Below are positions 52,463-64,000 of a stretch of 64,000 bases of DNA, piece after piece. Both the position numbers and the translations under genes were made by a program. The DNA lies in contig CAVNZM010000014.1 of the NCBI GenBank assembly GCA_963693365.1, positions 3,906,001 to 3,970,000 of the forward strand. Reading direction: 5' to 3'. The notes beneath the pieces were generated by a model. It was given only the letters and a program-made list of their open reading frames with translations, had not been told where the DNA came from and did not search any database. This stretch comes from Amoebidium appalachense (taxonomy: Eukaryota > Protista > Ichthyosporea). Within the stretch, counting starts at the first letter, position 1, and each line of letters starts with the position of its first letter.

Positions 52463-52553
52463 AGAGGGGTGGGATCACGTCAATAAAACCATCTAAATTT
52501 CCGATGATTCTTTCATTTCTACAGCTGCCCCCCCCCCCCCCCCCCCAAAAAAA

Positions 52554-52584
<31 letters not shown>

Positions 52585-52597
52585 CACACACCGACAC

Positions 52598-52640
<43 letters not shown>

Positions 52641-52817
52641 AAAAAAAAAAAAAAAAACATGCACCAAAAACGAAAAACATACACCCCACCCGCCCCAAAG
52701 AAGGGTAAGAAAGAGTCGCCGACGATGCCGACCACACGAGGTAGGGAACCGCTCATACTGTCGCATACAACCTTATAAATCGAGTGATCTGACCATCTTT
52801 TACACACACACACACAT

Positions 52818-52851
<34 letters not shown>

Positions 52852-53241
52852 TGCCACGTGCAGTGTTGATGATGTAAGCGCCCTTTTTCATCTTTGCAAT
52901 CATCTTGTCGTTGAACAGATCCTCAGTCTCGGGGTGAAGTGGGCAGTTGATTGTCACTACGTCCACTACCTTCACCATGTCCTCCACCTGCGTGTTTGTG
53001 TGTGTACGTGTGTGAACGTGTACGTGTATGTGTATGCAGAAGTAGCCAGGAGGAGGAGAAGGGCACAAACCACGATTGATACCACAAATAGTATATTCAC
53101 ATACCACAAATAGTATATTCACAACTGTCGAAAAACAAGGAAATAATGCACCGTGGGCAGGACCTATTCTTTCCTGGTGTGGGTGGTGGGTGAATGGGAG
53201 GGTGGGTAAAGGGGGGAGGGAGGGAGGCAGAGAGATGGGGG

Positions 53242-53288
<47 letters not shown>

Positions 53289-53742
53289 GAGATGGTGGAG
53301 AGAGGGAGAAGAGGGTGGAGGGAGAGGAAGCGGGCGAGAGAGCTAGAGCAAGAGCAAGAGCAAGAGACAGAGATGAGAGAGAGAGAGGGAGAGAGAGGGA
53401 AAGAAGAGAGGGGAACAAAGATATATGCATGTGGCTACTTACGGTCTTGTGGTAGGTCAGGCCCAGCTCCTTCTCGATGTGTTCGGGCAGTCTGTGCCTG
53501 TCCGTATAGTGCAGGTGCACGTCAAACGGCTTCATTCTCTTCAGCACCGCAAGACCGATGCGCCCAGCAGCCACCGTGCCCACGTGCATGCCCTCAACGT
53601 CATAGGCACGCTCAACACAGTCGGCAATGTTCCAGCCCCCGTTGACGGCCTGTGTGTACGTGTACGTGTGTGTGTGTGTGTATGATGGGGGAGGGGGGAG
53701 GGTGGGTTGTGAGTGACGAGGAGAAGGGATGGTGGGGAGGAT

Positions 53743-53784
<42 letters not shown>

Positions 53785-54678
53785 GGAGGGGGAGGAGAAT
53801 CGGGGGTTGCAAAAATACTATCTCCTTGCAAGGTTTTTGCCTTCACAGCTGCAAGCAGAGAGAGAATGTGAAAAACACATTACACCATCTTCTCGAAAGT
53901 TCTATTTACAGACATTAAAAAATGTCTGAACCAACGTGAACGAGCTTTGTCGGTGTGTCAACATCTCTGTGCGCCCATTATACAGGCTTGCCTTGTCACC
54001 CACTGTTTTTTGTTTGCCTGGTCCTAGTGTGCGTGTATAAGGTCGTTCACGTGAAAGGGGTGAGAGAGATGGGGGGGGGGGGGGGGGGGGGGAGGGGGGG
54101 AGGGGGTTGAGGGGGGTTGATAAGTGTTATAGGATACGAAGTGCACGACGGGGGGGGGGGGGGGGGGGGGGGGGTTGGATGCATACGTGCAAGTATGAGG
54201 GCAGGTAGTTGCGGACTTGGCTGAGAATCATCATGACCACGTGCTCGGCAACACTGATGGAGTTGCAATACGTCACCTCAACAACGTCCACCTGCACACA
54301 GTACTTTGGGTCACTACTTGCACACCACATGCATGAAGGGGAAGGAAGGAAGGAAGGAGGGGGGGGGGGGGGGGGGGGGGGAAGGGTAGGCAGGGAAGGA
54401 AGGAGGAGTGGGGAGTGGGGAGGGGAGGAGAAGACCGGGGCAGGGGAGATGGGGAGGGGGGGAAGAGGGGAAGGAGGGGAAGGAGGGGGGGGGGGGAGGG
54501 CAGAGGGGGGGGGATTGTATATCTGAATGGACATCCCTCATCAGAATTCCTGAAGAACGTTCGAATACACCCGATCATAAACCCGAAACACACACACAAA
54601 AAAAAACACACACACACACACACACACAAGTGCACATGTCACTGCAAACATTTCTGCAGGCACGTACACAACACCCAC

Positions 54679-54722
<44 letters not shown>

Positions 54723-56349
54723 ACACACACACACCTTGCGCTTGCACGCCGCCTCCAAATCCACGTGATCGGACCCGATGCCCGCCGTGATAGCCATCTT
54801 GAGCTTAGGGGCCATGGCGATGCGCTCAGCCGTGATATATGCCGGGTAGAAGGGCTGAGAAATCACAATGTCCGCATCTTTAAGCTCACGCTCAAGCTCA
54901 CATCCCTTGCCGTCCCTGCAAAATGCCGAATGTGTCAAAAAAGGTGGTAGGGAAAATGTGTCAAACAAAGGGGTGGGCCATTGAGTTAGGGAAAGGGGGA
55001 AGGGAGAGAGGGGGGGGGGGGGGGAGGGGGAGGGGAGGGGGGACGTTGGGGGGGGGGGGGGGGAGGAGGAGGGGGGGGGGGAGTGGAGGGTTAAGGGACT
55101 AGTAAAAATGCATTTTATAGGAGTACAATGCGCAAATTCATGACGGACAACACAAATGTAGAATTCGTAAAGCATATACTGAGGACACATAATAAGGGAA
55201 GCCAGTGTCATCCACAGTACCAGAGTTTAGACCATTTGAGGGCGGGGGAAGGGGGGAGGGAGGTAGAGGGGGGCCCTAGAATGTGTACAACTAGGGCCAC
55301 CTCATGCAAAACAATAAGTACCCATGCAACAAGTACGTGTCAGTTGTAAAGTACTTGCGTGAACTGACGACATCTCATGCGAGAAATAGATATGAAAAGA
55401 TTACTCATGCAATACGTAAGATGAAATCCATGCAACAGGTACTACGATAAACCCTTCAACCTTGTCAAACACTCGTAGACTTATGCTAACTCATAACAGA
55501 AAACCTGCTAACTCATAACAGAAACCCATGCAACAAGTACTTCATCCATGCAATACGTACTTGTCGGTTGTGACGACAAACGTGTGTCCCAGGCTCTCCA
55601 ACCACTTCTTCAGCCCCAAACCGCCCGACACGGACCCAAGAAGTTCACCAGGGTGGAAATCAATTGCATTGGGGGTGGGTGCGGTCTGGCCGTCAGGGTA
55701 TTTTTCGATCTTGGGGATGTCGTCGCGCGCATACTTGGGGGGATAGCCGGTAACTGGGTCCGGGTAGAGCGCACAGACGATCTGCAGGGAGGAGAAGAGA
55801 AATATTAGGGGTGGGGGTTGGGTTAAAGGTTGGAAGGGGGAGAGGGGGAGGGGATGGGGGGGGGGGGGGGGGGGGGCTAAGTTAGTGTGGTAAAGATATA
55901 ACGAAGCCAGTCATTAAAGAAGAGTATATGGAGTGTTTTTGGGACTGGTAAATTGTTCAACTTCAGGGATACTTTTGCTTACATTCTATGTGAAGACTGC
56001 GCGGAATGACACCCCATCAAAACGACCGTTATGATCAAATCATGAGCATTTGAGCTGTCCGCAAAACACATGACGTCACTTCAAATGGGGGTGGGGCTGT
56101 AAAGTTGATTATTTTTCACGTTCATCTATGATATCGAGGTGGAGCCGATTAGCACGTACATGTTTACTACAACACATGGTAGTAGTTAATGCAGATAAGT
56201 TAGCTAGCAATAAAGAGAAGCATCAAAAATGTCTCCAATGAGAGGTGGCTCGATGGGCAAGAAAAGGAGAGGCTTGCGGGGAGGGGGGGGGGGGGGGAGG
56301 GGGGAGGGGCAAGAAGATTTCGGGAGGGTGGGACGTGGTGGGGGCCCCG

Positions 56350-56386
<37 letters not shown>

Positions 56387-56794
56387 TAATACACAATAGG
56401 TCGTTCCATGGTGTATTATCATGAAGAAAAGAGGCAGCAGCAGAGATAAGTGACACTGGTTTGACGACTCAGGGGGGCGAGGGGTGGGGGAAGGTGGAGG
56501 GAGTGAGGGGGAGGGGGGGGGTGGGGGGTGGAGGGGGTGAGGCAGGGGGGTGGGGGGGGGCCGGGGAGGTGTTATTTTATTTTATTTTATTTTTTATTTT
56601 TTTTTTGGGGGGGGGGGGGGGGACAGGTCACTACACAACACACGTCGTGTGCGTGTGTTGTGTACGGTGTCGGCCGGGGGAGGGTGAGGGGCAAGTACCT
56701 TGGCACTGCGGACGGAGCTGGCATGGAGGAGGCGGGCAGACTGGGCAGTGCGGACTGCTGCCGGCACACGGGTGACCTGGCTCCACAGATTCAT
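52058..56794 (-). CDS. fdh: NAD-dependent formate dehydrogenase, bacterial (Pseudomonas/Mycobacterium vaccae) type, with N-terminal mitochondrial-type presequence; 7 coding exons
   Basis: Exons 56794-56699, 55781-55561, 54915-54735, 54291-54187, 53649-53443, 52987-52850, 52402-52058, all GT-AG and phase-compatible. Motifs: [71 protein letters not shown] probable 5'UTR exon ends at 57236. Confidence 0.97.
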
Positions 56795-57429
56795 GATGGC
56801 GGCCTGGGAGATGTGGGAGATGTAAGAACATAAATTCATAATTTGGATACCATTTGAACGAGCTGCCATAACTGAAAACGTTTAACAAGTGGAGAGAGAG
56901 GTTCAAAAAGGCTTTGCACAGCAACAGCAACAGAACTCTAAACGGTTCTTTAGGCCCCAGTGCAAGCACAGACAAAACCAAATGGAACTCAACAGAGAAC
57001 ATAAAAGTCAGGTTGCCTAAGCACATGCATTGTGCGTCAAATAACTAAGTCTGGATTCAAGAACATCGCGTGGCAATAGTGACACTTGACAGAGAGTGTT
57101 CGCAGGAAGGAGAGACAGAGAGTGTTCGCAGGAAGGAGAGACATGGGGTGGGTTGCTGATCAGTAGATGTGACCTCGTGTGAAAGAGAGAAATGAGCACA
57201 AAGAAAAAGGAATTCTTCCCATGCCTCACGCTTACCTGAGCTTGCGACGACAAGGGAAACTTTGGACGAAAAAATAACCCTTCCGAAGTGTCAGAAAGAG
57301 GTGTGACTGTGGCTCTGTTCCCTCGGCGTCAATTTATACAACCTGCCAACGCCTGACTGAACTTGACTGAAACAAAAAAAAAAAAAAAAGAAAAAGGGGT
57401 GCTACCCTCAATTCCCAAGCTCCTAGGGT

Positions 57430-57590
57430 GTGACGTAATATTTGGCACGAAATTTATTTGGCACGAGCCTGCAAAACGGTGAAAATGGGGCAGGATGTCG
57501 CCCAGGCACCGACAGGAGCTTGGGGATACCCCTGGATGTGCTCCGCTAGCGGGCTGGTGCCAAATAAATTCGTGCCACATTTTACGTCAC
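57430..57590. mobile_element. Short MITE-like inverted repeat (~40-bp arms) in the divergent intergenic region
   Basis: gtgacgtaatatttggcacgaaatttatttggcacgagcc ... ggctggtgccaaataaattcgtgccacattttacgtcac. Extra gtgccaaat subrepeats continue to ~57630. Confidence 0.6.
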
Positions 57591-57953
57591 CAGGTTCGTG
57601 CCAAATTATTTGGTGCCAAATTTATTTGGGGCATAAATGGGTCGGTTCGAACTATTATGGGTCGAATCAGCTCGAATCGTTCCTGACCCGTTTTCTGACC
57701 CGTTTTTGTGGCTCATCGTTGGTGGCGTCTGATTCGAGGAATAAACTCGAAAGGCGGGCTAAGCAAGACCACGTCAACCACGTGCAGGTGGTGGCGTACT
57801 TGAACGGGCAGTCACAGCCTGGACTGGCAGTTGACAGGTGTGACACAGCGCTAGCATCCTTATCATATTGCAGTAGGCCCATATAAAAATAATAAAAACA
57901 GACAACACCCTTTAATGCTCGATCATAACTGACAGTACATATTTTGTGTGAGC

Positions 57954-59451
57954 ATGGGTTACAAACATGCTCGCGTCCGCATTGGACGTGGGCAAGGCCA
58001 TTGGGCTTTGCTGAGGATTCTCGTTCATGTTATCCTCGCCTTTTGTCTTTTGGCTGCAGCGGGTTCAACAAACAACCCAGATGGGGTGAACAAAAAAGTC
58101 ATTAAGGAAAACAAATCTTGGTCTAAAGATCATGCCAAGCTGGAACAGCCATTCGTTGCACGGTACATTGATTATTGCATAGCGGATCATGAGGACTCTG
58201 TCGAAGCTGGCACGTGCCCTCCCCAGCCCTTCCTCAGGGATTGGGTGTGGCATCAAACCCGTCATGGCGGCCGGATAGATGCATCTACAGCGGAGGGAGT
58301 CCATCAGGTGATTCCCCCCCCCCCCCCCCCTCCCCCCTCTCTCCCCACCACCCCCTGCCTCTTTTCCACTTTTTCTCTCCCCTCCCCTGTCTCTCTGTTC
58401 TGGGCCTTACAGGTGGTTCCTCCGTTTTAGAAGTTGTTTTTTATGTAATACGTTAGGTGTGTCCTTTTGCATCTTGTGGATACCAATGCCTTCACCGCTC
58501 AGGCCTTCCCTTGCACTTAATCTTATGGACCTTTGTGCCTGTCCCATGATCTGTTTGGCATGATGTGTGTGCCTGTGTGTGTATGTTAAAGACAGGGGAG
58601 GGGGGAAGGGGGAGAGGTCAGGGTAGGGAGAAAGGGAGGGAAGGATGGGTGGGTGGGAGGGTTGGAGGGAAGGAGGGAGGGGGAGAAAGGGTAGAGGGAG
58701 GGATGGCGGAAAAGACAGAAAGAGAGGGGCAAAGAGAGGAGGGCAGTCGGTAAAGAGGAAGGGCGGGAGGGTGGGACGGAGAGGGAGAAGGGGGAAGTGG
58801 AGAATTAGGCAGGGGAGGGGGCCGAGAGCAAGAGGGGGGGGTGGGGAGGGTGTGGGCGGTGTGTGTGTGTGTATGTGTGTGTGTATGTATGTTGTGTGTG
58901 TGTGTGGGGGGGGGGGGGGGGGGGGGGTTGGATGGGGGATTCGGTTGGGAGTGGGTTCTTTATAGAACTGGCAACCATTGACCAGCTATTCTTTCACCCT
59001 GTCTTTGTCTTCACTCTGCAGCTTATGGCAATAATGGCAAATGTTCCTTGGCTGAGTGTGGTATGGAGGTTGGGTCTTTCGACAGTGATGGCTCTGACGA
59101 TGACGATGAGGGGTCAAGTGACGAGAGCCCCGGTCCATTCAACGTGTCAACATGTGTGCGCCTAGCAGGCCGCAAGCTTAACGCCCGGCGTGCGATGCGC
59201 AAGCTGATTGGGTCTGTGCACAGCTCCGAGGGGTTTGCTTTAGCAGCACAGGACCCGGATCATCTGCTCTTCACTCTAGTGTTCTTTGACGAGGCCGTGG
59301 CAGCAGACATACAGCTTGCCAGGTGCTTCCTGCCGAACACCCCCCCCCCCCCCCCCCCCCTTCCCCTCCAACGCCCCCCCGCTCCTCCCTCTCGCCTCTC
59401 CCCCCCTTTCCCTGCAGGGCCTCCTCCCCTTTCCCCCACCCCCCTTTCCCC

Positions 59452-59489
<38 letters not shown>

Positions 59490-61736
59490 CCCCCTTTTCT
59501 GCATCCCCCTCCCCCTCTCCTCCTTCCCACAATTCTTCCGCCCAACTGCTCCACCTCCTTACTTCCTTGCACGTATCAATCCATCTCTCCTTCCAACCCA
59601 AGTGACACCAGTTTTTTGTCAGACAACCTGCCTCCCCAGGCCCACTTATTATGCCTGTCCTGTTCCCCTCCCCCCCCCCCTCCTCCCTCAGGAGGGCCTC
59701 TGCCCATTCGTCCCTCCTTTTCAAGTCCTCCATTACCTCTTACCTCCCCTAATTCTCATTATTCTCTAATAGTATACCTATATCTTCCATCCTACCTTTT
59801 TGGAAGCTCCCTGCTTCTCTTCCACCTATTTGAAAGCATCTGCATCTACCCCCCCCCCCCCCCCCCGTTCATAGCCCCTCCTTCATCAGTACTCCCTTAC
59901 ATCTGCCCGGCCCCCTTCAGAGTGCCCCACCCCCTCCCCCCCCCACACACACACCCCTCCCCTTTCACACACATGCACACACGAACGCACCCATGCATGC
60001 ACGCATGCACCCTCCCTCGCAGCCACGAGCGCACACACTCTTATTCACTTATAGAATTGTTAATAATCTAATGCCCCCCCCCCCCCCCCCCCCCAACCCC
60101 AACCCACCCACACACGCACACACACACACACGCCAAGGTTTCCCTTGTTCTGCTCCTCGGCCTTTCCGCCTTCCCCATAATCTGTCTTTCTCTCTCTTTC
60201 CCTCCCCCCCCCCCCCCCCCCCCCCCCCCCAACCCCACCCCACCCCACCAGCACTGCCCTACCACCCTCCCACTTCTTGTCTTTGCTTATTCTTCCTTGT
60301 GATGTGCAACACAGGGACATATCCGGGCCACCTGAGGTCCAGCAACAACGCCTTCTTCAAATTCTGGGTGCCTGGAGAATGGAGCTTATGGAAACACCCG
60401 CTGACGGCAACTGTTTGTTTCATTCGGTGTGGCATTATATCAATCAGTATCTACAAAGTGGTCATGTAGCTACCCGTGAACACCTCAACACATTGGGGTT
60501 TACAGCTAATATGGAGCCTATAGAGGCGATTGGACGGCTACGCGAACTAATGGTAAACGAATGGCGGCGAAATCTAGCAGAATACCAAGGATTCCTTTCA
60601 AGGGTGACCCTCGCATACGTAGCTGATGATTTCCGCTGTCCTCGGCGCGCCCATTTTGCTTCTGCAGCCGGTGACGCGATGGTGCTGGGCTTAGCCAACG
60701 CACTCCGCATACCAATAACCATTTTTAGCACGATTGCCAATCACGGTGTAGTTGCGGTCACTCCACCCACCGTCATCGAACCCAACATTGCCATACCCGT
60801 ATCACTTAACGGTGCAGCAGATCATTACTCAGTGGTAATACCTCGCTTGTCGCATGCGAACAAAATCTCGGACAACAACCAAGCACAGACATCACACTCA
60901 GTTGACACGGAAAACTCGACGGAGTTGGCGTCTAACGCTAACACAACTGACACGTTCGGTGGGTTGCCCGCCAAGGGCTGCAGCTGTAATAGAAACAGTA
61001 AGGATAGAACACGTTTTTTTTGTGGTTTTAAGAACGGCGGGGGGAAAGTGCAGGCATACGATGGGCATGAGCGTTGCATATGCGCAAAGAACAAGCGGGC
61101 ATGCACCCAGGCATGCAGGTGTGAGAATTGTGGCAACAGGTGAGCCGTATGATATGCATTTGCTACTTTTCTTCTTTTGCATCCTCTATTTGCCCACACT
61201 TGGTACTTTATAATCGAAACCTTAACTTGGCCAAATCCAGGTATTTCTGCTTGTCCCTCTCTTTATCCCCCCCCCCCCCCCCCCCCCCCCCCTTTCCCCA
61301 AGACGGGTGACCTACTCATGTTCAAGTGAAACAGTATCTGAGTTGGGTTTCGTTAACGAGGGGAATAGGTCGAAACTCGGGTACTGTGGATGACGTGGGC
61401 CCCCCCTGAGGATGGGCTCTGCTTATTATGCATACTCTTTATGTATGGCTTGCATTCTGCATCGTGTTATCCGTTTGTTCTTGTGTACTTCGTACTTTTT
61501 GACGCATTCAAAACCCCCCCCCTTTCCCCCTCTCCCCCCCCCCCCCCCCCCCCCCGAGGGGAAAGAAAAGCCCCCTCTCCCAATCCCCTCCCCCTCCTGT
61601 ATCCGTCGTTTCATGATGTCTAACCCCTCCCCCTCCCCCCCCACCTTCCCCACTGCTCACCACCTGCACACCCGCACACCATACACAAACTTAAACACAC
61701 ACACGCATGCACGTGTGCACGCACACACACAGCCCC

Positions 61737-61776
<40 letters not shown>

Positions 61777-62948
61777 ACACACACACACAATGCATCCGCG
61801 CATCATGGTCCATGCATACACGTGTGTGGATAGATGCACAGGTGCACGAATCCACGCACGCACGCACCCACAGAGCACGTGTGCGCACGCACACACAAAC
61901 ACACATGTGTACACGTGCGCGCGCATTCACACGCACACACAAACGCACATACAAATGCAGTCATGGACAGCGGCCAGAGCCAAACCGTCCAGGTCGCCCG
62001 TCTACCATGCAGCTGCATTTATCCGGCGAAGGGGGGAACCTTTCCCTGAGAAGTGGTGATGGGTCCAACACCACCCATACGGCCAACACAACAGCCACCA
62101 GGGGCAAGGCCACTGCCACGGTTCCAACGCAAAGGCGGCGCGCACGATTCACACAAACACGAACCACAGATCAGAATGGTTTGGAGTATTATGTGTCTGT
62201 GGGCGAGGAGGTACGTTCGGGTAGATGGTCGGATGCGGAGACCGCGTTGATTGAAAGTATTGTTATTTCGCTTGCGGAACAAAAGTTGCCGGCAACAGAG
62301 GAGGACATATTTGCACATTACCATGCAGCATTGGAGGGCAACGAGGAGGGTGTGGGGCTGGATGCCATCCTTTCCAAAACGTTGAAGCAAATCAAGTCAA
62401 AAATAGAACACATTGAGAAGGAAAGACGTTTGCGTAGTCAGGTGGCCGCCGAGGTGAGGGAGGAAATCGCAAGGGCTAAGGAAGCCGCTGCTAGGACAGT
62501 TACGGAGAAAGCAAGCGAGAGAGCACGAAACACGAAACGTGGGCTGAAGTCACAGAGTAATTCACAGACTGCCCCGTCAAAGAAGGCCAAGCCCAGCGGC
62601 CTTTCACGTGCAAGCACCAACACAGGTGTTGCCCCTCAGGAGCATGATCCCACCAGTTCGTCAACCGATTCGGCGGATGAATTCCAAAGCACCCAACAGT
62701 CTGGGGTGATTCCCCCTAGCCAGCACCCGCACCATCCGCAAGCGTTCCACCCCAGTTATTATCACACATACCCGAGCACGATAGCCAGTGCACAATGTAG
62801 CGTCTGTCAACTGACTTTAGCAATCCCTCCCCATCTGTGTCATACTTACATGCAATGCTGTAGGTGCAAGGCCATGTTGTATGCTCTGGTCACCGCTTTT
62901 GGCATCCGCCTGCTCAGTTTTAGTGTCACGGATAATAGGTGGAAGTGA
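57954..62948 (+). CDS. Multi-exon protein: OTU-like cysteine protease + CXC/CRC Cys cluster + Myb/SANT-like domain + coiled coil + C-terminal C2C2 zinc ribbon; 5' exon structure uncertain
   Basis: Exons 59022-59322, 60315-61139 and 61961-62948 join in phase 2. OTU motif PADGNCLFHSV...DHYSVV. Cys cluster GCSC...C...CICAKNKRACTQACRCENCGN. Myb-like WSDAETALI...KTLKQIKSKIEH. Zn ribbon CSVC...CCRC. Putative first exon 57954-58307 does not match phase with the next exon. Confidence 0.75.
61299..61513 (+). mobile_element. Copy B (215 bp, 5'-truncated) of the same element, intronic, inside a poly-C tract
   Basis: Identical to copy A over 215 bp. Flanked by C9TTTCCC on both sides (apparent 15-bp TSD). 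Confidence 0.78.
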
Positions 62949-63489
62949 GCCAATCCCTCCACGTAGTTTTTTATTTTTCTAATTGTTATTGTGGCTGCCA
63001 GCTGCTTTGGGGTCAGGTGGCAAACGTAGGGCATGTCTAGTAGGTTCGATTAGTATGGGATTTGGCATCATGATGCCAAGACTTAGTCAATACAGTAACT
63101 TAAGAATCAGTTTGTTAGGTGTTAGTTGTAACATTTAACTTCCAGTAATGTTCAGCATGTCATAGTGGTAGTTTATGATTGTAATGTTACTTACAGTTTA
63201 ACTACATGTAATGTCATGGTGTATGTAGAGTATGCTGTCACATTCAATGCACACACACACGGCACACACACACGAACATGCACACACGCAACCACATACA
63301 CGTCAAGCACACACTACGTATACATCCATGCATGCGACATTCGCCTTTTTAATACCTATGATATCATTACGTAGTCAAAATACCATAATAATAATGTGTA
63401 GAAGTGATTGCAGGTCACTTTCACATGCTGCAGCTGTTTTATTAATAATGACACCGTAAATTAATGGCAAGCACACTGCAGACTCGGAT

Positions 63490-63522
<33 letters not shown>

Positions 63523-63590
63523 ACAAAAAAAAAAAAAAAAAAAAAAATCCCCCCCCCCCCCCCCCCCCCCCGTTCCCCCTCGAAATTTTC

Positions 63591-63672
63591 GGGGGCGGGG
63601 GCGGGGCGGGGCGGGGCGGGGCGGGGTGGGGCGGGGCGGGGCGGGGCGGGGCGGGGCGGGGCGGGGCGGGGC
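63591..63672. repeat. (GGGGC)n pentanucleotide array (GC-box / G-quadruplex-prone)
   Basis: About 16 tandem GGGGC units followed by poly-G. Confidence 0.93.
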
Positions 63673-63744
63673 GGGGGGGGGGGGGGGGGGGGGGGGGAGA
63701 GCTTGGGAAACGAGGGTGCAACCGAAAAAGGCTTTTAATTAGCC

Positions 63745-63950
63745 CGCACTGACGTCGGAGGCAACCAATCAAACAGATTAAAATGAGCCGCATGACAATT
63801 AGCGATAAAAAATACACGAAGCATGAGTAACCTCTTTGTAACGAATCAAACCTCGCATATGATATGCGGACTAAAAATAGATAGCCAATAAAAGGTGGCT
63901 CACGTGAGCCAAGAGTTGTACACTGGTCACGAACATAAAGGCGATTGGGA
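63745..63950. promoter_or_regulatory. Possible promoter of a gene beyond the window (CCAAT boxes, CRE-like site, E-box)
   Basis: TGACGTC ~63750, CCAAT ~63765 and ~63884, GGCTCACGTGAGCC palindrome ~63897, ATTGG ~63944. Confidence 0.4.
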
Positions 63951-64000
63951 ACCGATAGGCATGTTGCCTTCAGTTCCGTTCCAGACTATACCATAAGTTC

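Noticed and set aside
52070-52486. Plus-strand ORFs antisense to fdh (and 27826-28413 antisense to the Ras exon)
   Set aside because: These are shadow ORFs of GC-rich coding exons.
52058-56794. Bacterial contamination as the source of fdh
   Set aside because: The gene has six spliceosomal introns with the same repeat content as its neighbours.
57995-58060. Signal peptide on the OTU protein
   Set aside because: The hydrophobic stretch coincides with a pyrimidine tract ending in CAG (possible intron end), and the downstream domains look nuclear.
61331-61390. Hammerhead ribozyme (CTGA...GAAAC-tcgg-GTA)
   Set aside because: The core reads CUGAGUU rather than CUGANGA, and stem I is out of register.

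Overview
Eukaryotic genomic DNA (standard code, GT-AG spliceosomal introns). Introns are full of poly-C/poly-G tracts and (CA)n/(GA)n/(CGTG)n microsatellites, so most ORFs in the supplied track are spurious. Reading splice sites by hand gives these genes: (1) a minus-strand multi-exon gene (~23.4 to 2.5 kb) with two Ras-association (RA)-like domains and two paralogous 4-ankyrin modules; (2) a long exon (29.07 to 27.46 kb, minus) encoding an atypical Ras-family GTPase plus a C1 domain, probably the 5' end of gene 1; (3) a minus-strand PH-domain, Pro-rich gene (~48 to 31 kb); (4) a bacterial-type NAD-dependent formate dehydrogenase with 7 coding exons and a separate exon encoding a mitochondrial-type presequence; (5) a plus-strand OTU + CXC + Myb/SANT-like + Zn-ribbon gene. 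Non-coding features: two identical 215-bp intronic copies of a structured element, each inserted in a poly-C tract with an apparent target-site duplication (candidate poly-C-targeting non-LTR retroelement); two MITE-like inverted repeats; a ~900-bp palindrome; several tandem duplications; and many acceptors preceded by (AC)n or poly-C. The signalling domains suggest a holozoan-like protist, but this is inference only. All coordinates were counted by hand, and some homopolymer frameshifts are probably assembly errors.
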